Source: a virus. From it: a stretch of DNA of 64,000 nucleotides. A program made the translations under genes and the position numbers. Positions 60,366-64,000 of this stretch are shown one piece after another. Below the pieces are notes generated by a model, which did no database searches, was not told the origin of the DNA, and saw only the letters and a list, made by a program, of their open reading frames with translations. Every line of letters begins with the position of its first letter. The stretch's first letter is position 1. The stretch lies in the IMG/VR virus record IMGVR_UViG_3300045988_159115. One strand, given 5' to 3'.

Positions 60366-60750
60366 TCAGCCGGAACTCATTCCTACCACTTGTCTGTGTG
60401 ATGAATGCCTTTTTCATATCAAGCGAAAAAACGACGATCATCAATATTGCAAGTATAATCTCTATCCGTATCGAACGGATAATATCGAAGCTACTCTGTC
60501 CTATCATCGTTGTGCAGAATGCCCTCTTTACATCAACCGAAATAAAGAAGCTCACGATGATCGTAGCTCTCGTCGTCTCCGTTCTTACACCACAAAGCTT
60601 CTGGAACGTATCAAGAAGCATCCCGATGACTTTGCTATCCAGTTCCTCGGATTTGAGGATTTCCCGAAGGAACCTCCTAAGTCTCTGAACCGTCTCGAGC
60701 TCTATTTCTACAAAAGAATTCAAAAGAAGAATCCCCATCCGAAAAAGTAA
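60349..60750 (+). CDS. Cys-rich hypothetical protein (paralogue of 59916..60365)
   Basis: Start ATG 60349 after AAGAGGGAAA; 17-nt overlap with the upstream gene. Confidence 0.65.
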   Translation: MTNQNNQPELIPTTCLCDECLFHIKRKNDDHQYCKYNLYPYRTDNIEATLSYHRCAECPLYINRNKEAHDDRSSRRLRSYTTKLLERIKKHPDDFAIQFLGFEDFPKEPPKSLNRLELYFYKRIQKKNPHPKK

Positions 60751-60751
60751 A

Positions 60752-60796
60752 AGAAAGCACCAATGAAGAAAAAATAAATCTTCATTGGTGCTTTCT
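60752..60796. terminator. bidirectional terminator
   Basis: 17-bp stem AGAAAGCACCAATGAAG / CTTCATTGGTGCTTTCT. Confidence 0.8.
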
Positions 60797-60797
60797 A

Positions 60798-61628
60798 TCA
60801 CAGTGCAATTGCAACGACAATAAGAGCAAGTGTTGCAAACGGATGTTTTGCCATAGTACGAAGAATTGCTTTGATAACTGATGAAAGTTGATTGCAGAAT
60901 CCAATAATTGCAGAATTCTTCATGGAGAAAAGACTTGCATCCTTATCACTCAGGTCAACATAGGAAGTTCCCATATCTCGCTTATGATATTCGCTCTTCA
61001 TATCAGAGATCATTTTGTCTCCATATGCATGAGCGAGCTTCAAGTTCTTCTTATAGTTCTGGGCCTCATCTTCTGTCATATGAATTGCAGAATTCACAGA
61101 GACAGAGAGTTTCCACTGCTCTTCGTCTGTCAGCTTATAGTTGAAATCAGCAAGATCGTTCTGCATCTTATCTCGCCACTCTTCATACTCTTCAAATGAC
61201 TTAAATTCCCGAGCACTCATCTTCTTGATCTCAGCAGTATATCGGTCAATAAAGTCAGTATAAAACTTCTTATACTTGGCCATATCGAAAATGCTGATAT
61301 TATGATTAAGAAGCTCGGAACGATCTTTTGCCATGACAGACTTAATTTCGGCAAGACGCTCATTCAGCTTCTTTGCTTCGATCCGAGCACTCATCTCGGT
61401 AATCAAGTTGGTTGTAAAATCTGACAGAGCATCCAGAATCTTCTGAATCGCCGAAATAAATGCTTCGCGAAGATCTTCAGCATCTTCAGTATATACTGAC
61501 ATGTAGTCAAAGTCATCACAGTGCTCATAATATGAAATCAGGAACTGTGAGTTCGCAGCTTCAAATTCTGCAACAGCTTTTTCGCAATCCAGATCAAATT
61601 TCTTTGAACTGATCAAATATGCATTCAT
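60798..61628 (-). CDS. alpha-helical paralogue family member (dispersed copy) with C-terminal TM segment
   Basis: Motif REAFISAIQKILDALSDFTTNLITEM; C-terminus HPFATLALIVVAIAL; start ATG 61628. Confidence 0.65.
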   Translation of the reverse strand: MNAYLISSKKFDLDCEKAVAEFEAANSQFLISYYEHCDDFDYMSVYTEDAEDLREAFISAIQKILDALSDFTTNLITEMSARIEAKKLNERLAEIKSVMAKDRSELLNHNISIFDMAKYKKFYTDFIDRYTAEIKKMSAREFKSFEEYEEWRDKMQNDLADFNYKLTDEEQWKLSVSVNSAIHMTEDEAQNYKKNLKLAHAYGDKMISDMKSEYHKRDMGTSYVDLSDKDASLFSMKNSAIIGFCNQLSSVIKAILRTMAKHPFATLALIVVAIAL

Positions 61629-61670
61629 CTTGATCATCTCCTTTACTATAGAGTTACTAGAGGCTTAATG

Positions 61671-61685
61671 GTTTGTTTTCTGACC
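61671..61685 (-). promoter_or_regulatory. class I promoter-like motif GGTCAGAAAACAAAC
   Basis: 42 nt upstream of the ATG at 61628. The extended similarity CATATGG.C.GAAAACAAAC....TAAGCCTCTAG is shared with the site at 11860-11900. Confidence 0.5.
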
Positions 61686-61693
61686 ATATGCTT

Positions 61694-61739
61694 ACAAAAA
61701 ATAACCAGCACACGTTTTTGAATTCGTGTGCTGGTTATT
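61694..61739 (-). terminator. rho-independent terminator after 61751..62122
   Basis: AATAACCAGCACACG / CGTGTGCTGGTTATT followed on the - strand by TTTTTG. Confidence 0.8.
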
Positions 61740-61750
61740 ATTACCACTGA

Positions 61751-62122
61751 TTACCAGTTGTTGCTGTTGTGGTCAGCCAACTGACGGTTGACCTTTTCCA
61801 TGAAGCTGACGGTGAGCGAGAACAGATATCCCGCCTCATTGTTACGCATGTCCTTGATGCTCATGGAGATGTTGCTGTCAAGATCAATCTGATAGGCGAT
61901 ATCAGATGCAGGGTCGGTGAAGATCACCAGCTTATCCGACAGCGTCTTGTTCTGAGAACGCAGAGTGACCTTCTTGCCTCTCACATTACGTTCCTTGTTG
62001 GAAGAACGGAGCTTCGAGATGGGGTCAATGCCGAGGATAAGCATTGCAGTGCCATCCTTCATCATCCACACCTGGCTCATGGCGTAACGCTCAACGTCGT
62101 TGTACTTTTCGGTTAATAACAT
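61751..62122 (-). CDS. hypothetical protein
   Basis: 123-aa ORF; AAAGGAGAAAG SD. Confidence 0.65.
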   Translation of the reverse strand: MLLTEKYNDVERYAMSQVWMMKDGTAMLILGIDPISKLRSSNKERNVRGKKVTLRSQNKTLSDKLVIFTDPASDIAYQIDLDSNISMSIKDMRNNEAGYLFSLTVSFMEKVNRQLADHNSNNW

Positions 62123-62150
62123 AATACTTTCTCCTTTGTGTTTTTATGGG

Positions 62151-62846
62151 TTAAAAGAATCCGTTCAGGCTTTTCTTCCATTCCGGATGCTCATCGAAAC
62201 ACCTGCGTGCAGTCAAATCATGCAGCGCTAAGATATCGTTTGTATAGAAATAGGTAAAGAGAGCGTAATACTTATCTTCATCATTTCTAAGGATTGGATA
62301 TTTCTTCCTCTTGTAAAACTTCTGTTTCCAATGGCCACAAGTATATTGAGTCTCGGTATCCATCGTCTCAATCTCGCTACCAGATACGATAAAGATACGC
62401 TTCTTTGGAATAGACAGAACCAATACACAGGCATCGTCGTCAGTCAGTTCCGTATCATGGTACCAGTCACACGTGAACTGGTTGTCAACAGGTCTACCGA
62501 CGATTCCAACGAATGGGAACGGATATACTACTGCAGGATCAACAGGTCTCCGAATTGGGTGACTGAGATTGTGAAGGAGCTGCCTTATATCCACGTAGCA
62601 ATAATGTGGCAGTCGCTTAGGTCCTTCCGGCTTCACAGGATTATAGTAACGATGAAAGAATTCTCTAGAATTACCAGTGCTGAACTTCTGTAGAGCATTT
62701 GGATCACCTAGAGAAGACATTACTGCGCCTTGTATCTTCTTAGAAACCGGGAGATACACAATCACTCGGTTTGCGCGCTTCCACCACATACCGAGATAAA
62801 ATCCAAGATAAATTGCAAGGATAATCCATATTACATGGAGAATCAT
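62151..62846 (-). CDS. membrane-anchored hypothetical protein
   Basis: Start ATG 62846; N-terminal TM segment MILHVIWIILAIYLGFYLGMWW. Confidence 0.6.
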   Translation of the reverse strand: MILHVIWIILAIYLGFYLGMWWKRANRVIVYLPVSKKIQGAVMSSLGDPNALQKFSTGNSREFFHRYYNPVKPEGPKRLPHYCYVDIRQLLHNLSHPIRRPVDPAVVYPFPFVGIVGRPVDNQFTCDWYHDTELTDDDACVLVLSIPKKRIFIVSGSEIETMDTETQYTCGHWKQKFYKRKKYPILRNDEDKYYALFTYFYTNDILALHDLTARRCFDEHPEWKKSLNGFF

Positions 62847-62894
62847 TGGGGTCACTTCCTTTCTTCGTATTAGAAATACGTTGAAAGGTCACTC

Positions 62895-63164
62895 TCAATC
62901 AAAAATCTCAGACCAATCCGGATTATCGCTGGAAGCAATCGCACGGATCGTCTCGTACGTATAGGTCTTAGTTCCTTTCACAAAATAAGTCCCGCCATAC
63001 TTATCGCAATGAACTTCATAGCCAGCGGAACGCATCTCATCTGTCAGATGCTCCTTCGCAAGCGTAGCCAAATCATGGCCATACTTCCAATTCTTATACA
63101 GAGCAACTCCAGCCGATCCAAGAATTACCGCAGTTCCAATAGAATAAGCATTCAATTCAATCAT
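62895..63164 (-). CDS. small membrane protein
   Basis: Preferred start is the ATG at 63164 after AAGAGG (alternative at 63191); TM segment YSIGTAVILGSAGVALY. Confidence 0.55.
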   Translation of the reverse strand: MIELNAYSIGTAVILGSAGVALYKNWKYGHDLATLAKEHLTDEMRSAGYEVHCDKYGGTYFVKGTKTYTYETIRAIASSDNPDWSEIFD

Positions 63165-63178
63165 AGCATTATACCTCT

Positions 63179-63610
63179 TTATGCATTCCAAGATTTAAAT
63201 TCGTATTCCCAGTAGTAGTCACTCTTCATATTCCGATTATTCAGAACGACTTGATACGCGTTGTGAAAAGTGATCTTAAAATGACGCTTACTGATCCACA
63301 TCCAATTAGAGTTCTCATATCTGAGTTTCCAACCGTAGAATCTCAGGTACTTATAGAGATAATAGTACGCATAGTATCTGTGGTAGTTTCGTCCTCCAAT
63401 CTCTTTATCTTTACCGGATTCAACATCCAACCAGAGATAATACCAATCTCCGTCAGATAAATCTTTATAGTTGTCACCTTCATCTCTGCGGAATGAATAC
63501 TTGATCCAAATATCAAAAATCGGATCAATGAGAAGAAGTGCTAGGCTGCAGAGGAACAGGAGAGCTGCTGAAATGAATATAAGGAGTCTTCCAAAATCGT
63601 ATGATGTCAT
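63179..63610 (-). CDS. small membrane protein
   Basis: 143 aa; N-terminal TM segment LLIFISAALLFLCSLALLLI; ATGA overlap with the upstream gene. Confidence 0.6.
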   Translation of the reverse strand: MTSYDFGRLLIFISAALLFLCSLALLLIDPIFDIWIKYSFRRDEGDNYKDLSDGDWYYLWLDVESGKDKEIGGRNYHRYYAYYYLYKYLRFYGWKLRYENSNWMWISKRHFKITFHNAYQVVLNNRNMKSDYYWEYEFKSWNA

Positions 63611-63912
63611 TTTTCAAACTCCTCAAGCATTTTATTTAACTCAGAAAAGGAAAGGCCATGATCAAGATCCAGAATCCACTTACGCAAATACCTGTAACTC
63701 ATGCATTTCCCAGTCGGACTAATCCATCTGAGGGTGAAAAACGAACCTTTCTGGGTCCATCCTTCACGACTCCTAAGATATAGCCCGACGTATTTCATGA
63801 CGTCTTTGTCCTTCGATGTATAGCCCATGCATTCAAGAACTGTCGGAGCAATGAATTTACCAATGATCGCGCCGACTATAAAACCGATGAGCATCGAGTA
63901 TAAGCCTGTCAT
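63607..63912 (-). CDS. small membrane protein
   Basis: 101 aa; N-terminal TM segment LYSMLIGFIVGAIIGKFIAP. Confidence 0.6.
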   Translation of the reverse strand: MTGLYSMLIGFIVGAIIGKFIAPTVLECMGYTSKDKDVMKYVGLYLRSREGWTQKGSFFTLRWISPTGKCMSYRYLRKWILDLDHGLSFSELNKMLEEFEK

Positions 63913-64000
63913 TTGTCTTCGCTTCCTTTCTTCTTTATTTCTTCTTCGATGAAGTTATTCATCTCCTGAAAGGCAAGTCTTTCTGGGATAATCTCATCGC
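63909..64000 (-). CDS. 3' end of an upstream gene, truncated by the window edge
   Basis: Open frame ...DEIIPERLAFQEMNNFIEEEIKKKGSEDK* with an ATGA overlap to the next gene. Confidence 0.4.
   Translation of the reverse strand, partial: DEIIPERLAFQEMNNFIEEEIKKKGSEDK

Overview
This window looks like a segment of a large, probably jumbo-type, virulent dsDNA phage. It is AT-rich and has strong AGGAGG-type Shine-Dalgarno (SD) sites, which suggests a Gram-positive-like host.

Contents:
- **Early-type genes (129-7415, + strand):** small genes including two paralogues, a leucine-rich-repeat (LRR) protein, an SF2 helicase and an orphan MazF/PemK-like protein.
- **Phage multisubunit RNA polymerase:** genes are scattered on the - strand. 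They are a beta-like gene (7474-11832), the beta-prime N half carrying DGDYDGD (22220-23767), and the beta-prime C half carrying the bridge helix (56344-58449).
- **nrdG plus nrdD:** nrdD is interrupted twice, by a LAGLIDADG intein and by a 311-nt group I intron placed inside the glycyl-radical motif.
- **Other replication and nucleotide-metabolism genes:** a DnaB-like helicase, a flap endonuclease (FEN)/RNase H-like nuclease and a dUTPase.
- **Structural block (- strand):** a gp25-like baseplate protein, LamG and tail-fibre-like proteins, large structural proteins, and a tandem family of alpha-helical paralogues.
- **Four tRNAs:** Leu-GAG, Thr-UGU, Ser-UGA and Gln-UUG, in three terminator-bounded units (Leu and Thr share one).
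- **ORF-poor 'RNA island' (52.2-54.7 kb):** about 2.5 kb, hairpin-dense and relatively G+C-rich. It surrounds one beta-helix gene and probably holds large non-coding RNAs.

Two recurrent promoter-like motif classes are visible: [GC-rich](T/A)(G/A)AAAACA, and TATATTATA-type boxes that include a 16-mer present three times. There are also 35-bp repeats carrying SD + ATG-TAG 'start-stop' units, and many long hairpin terminators.

I saw no rRNA, CRISPR array, integrase or transposase. All functional calls come from motif recognition by eye, with no database search.
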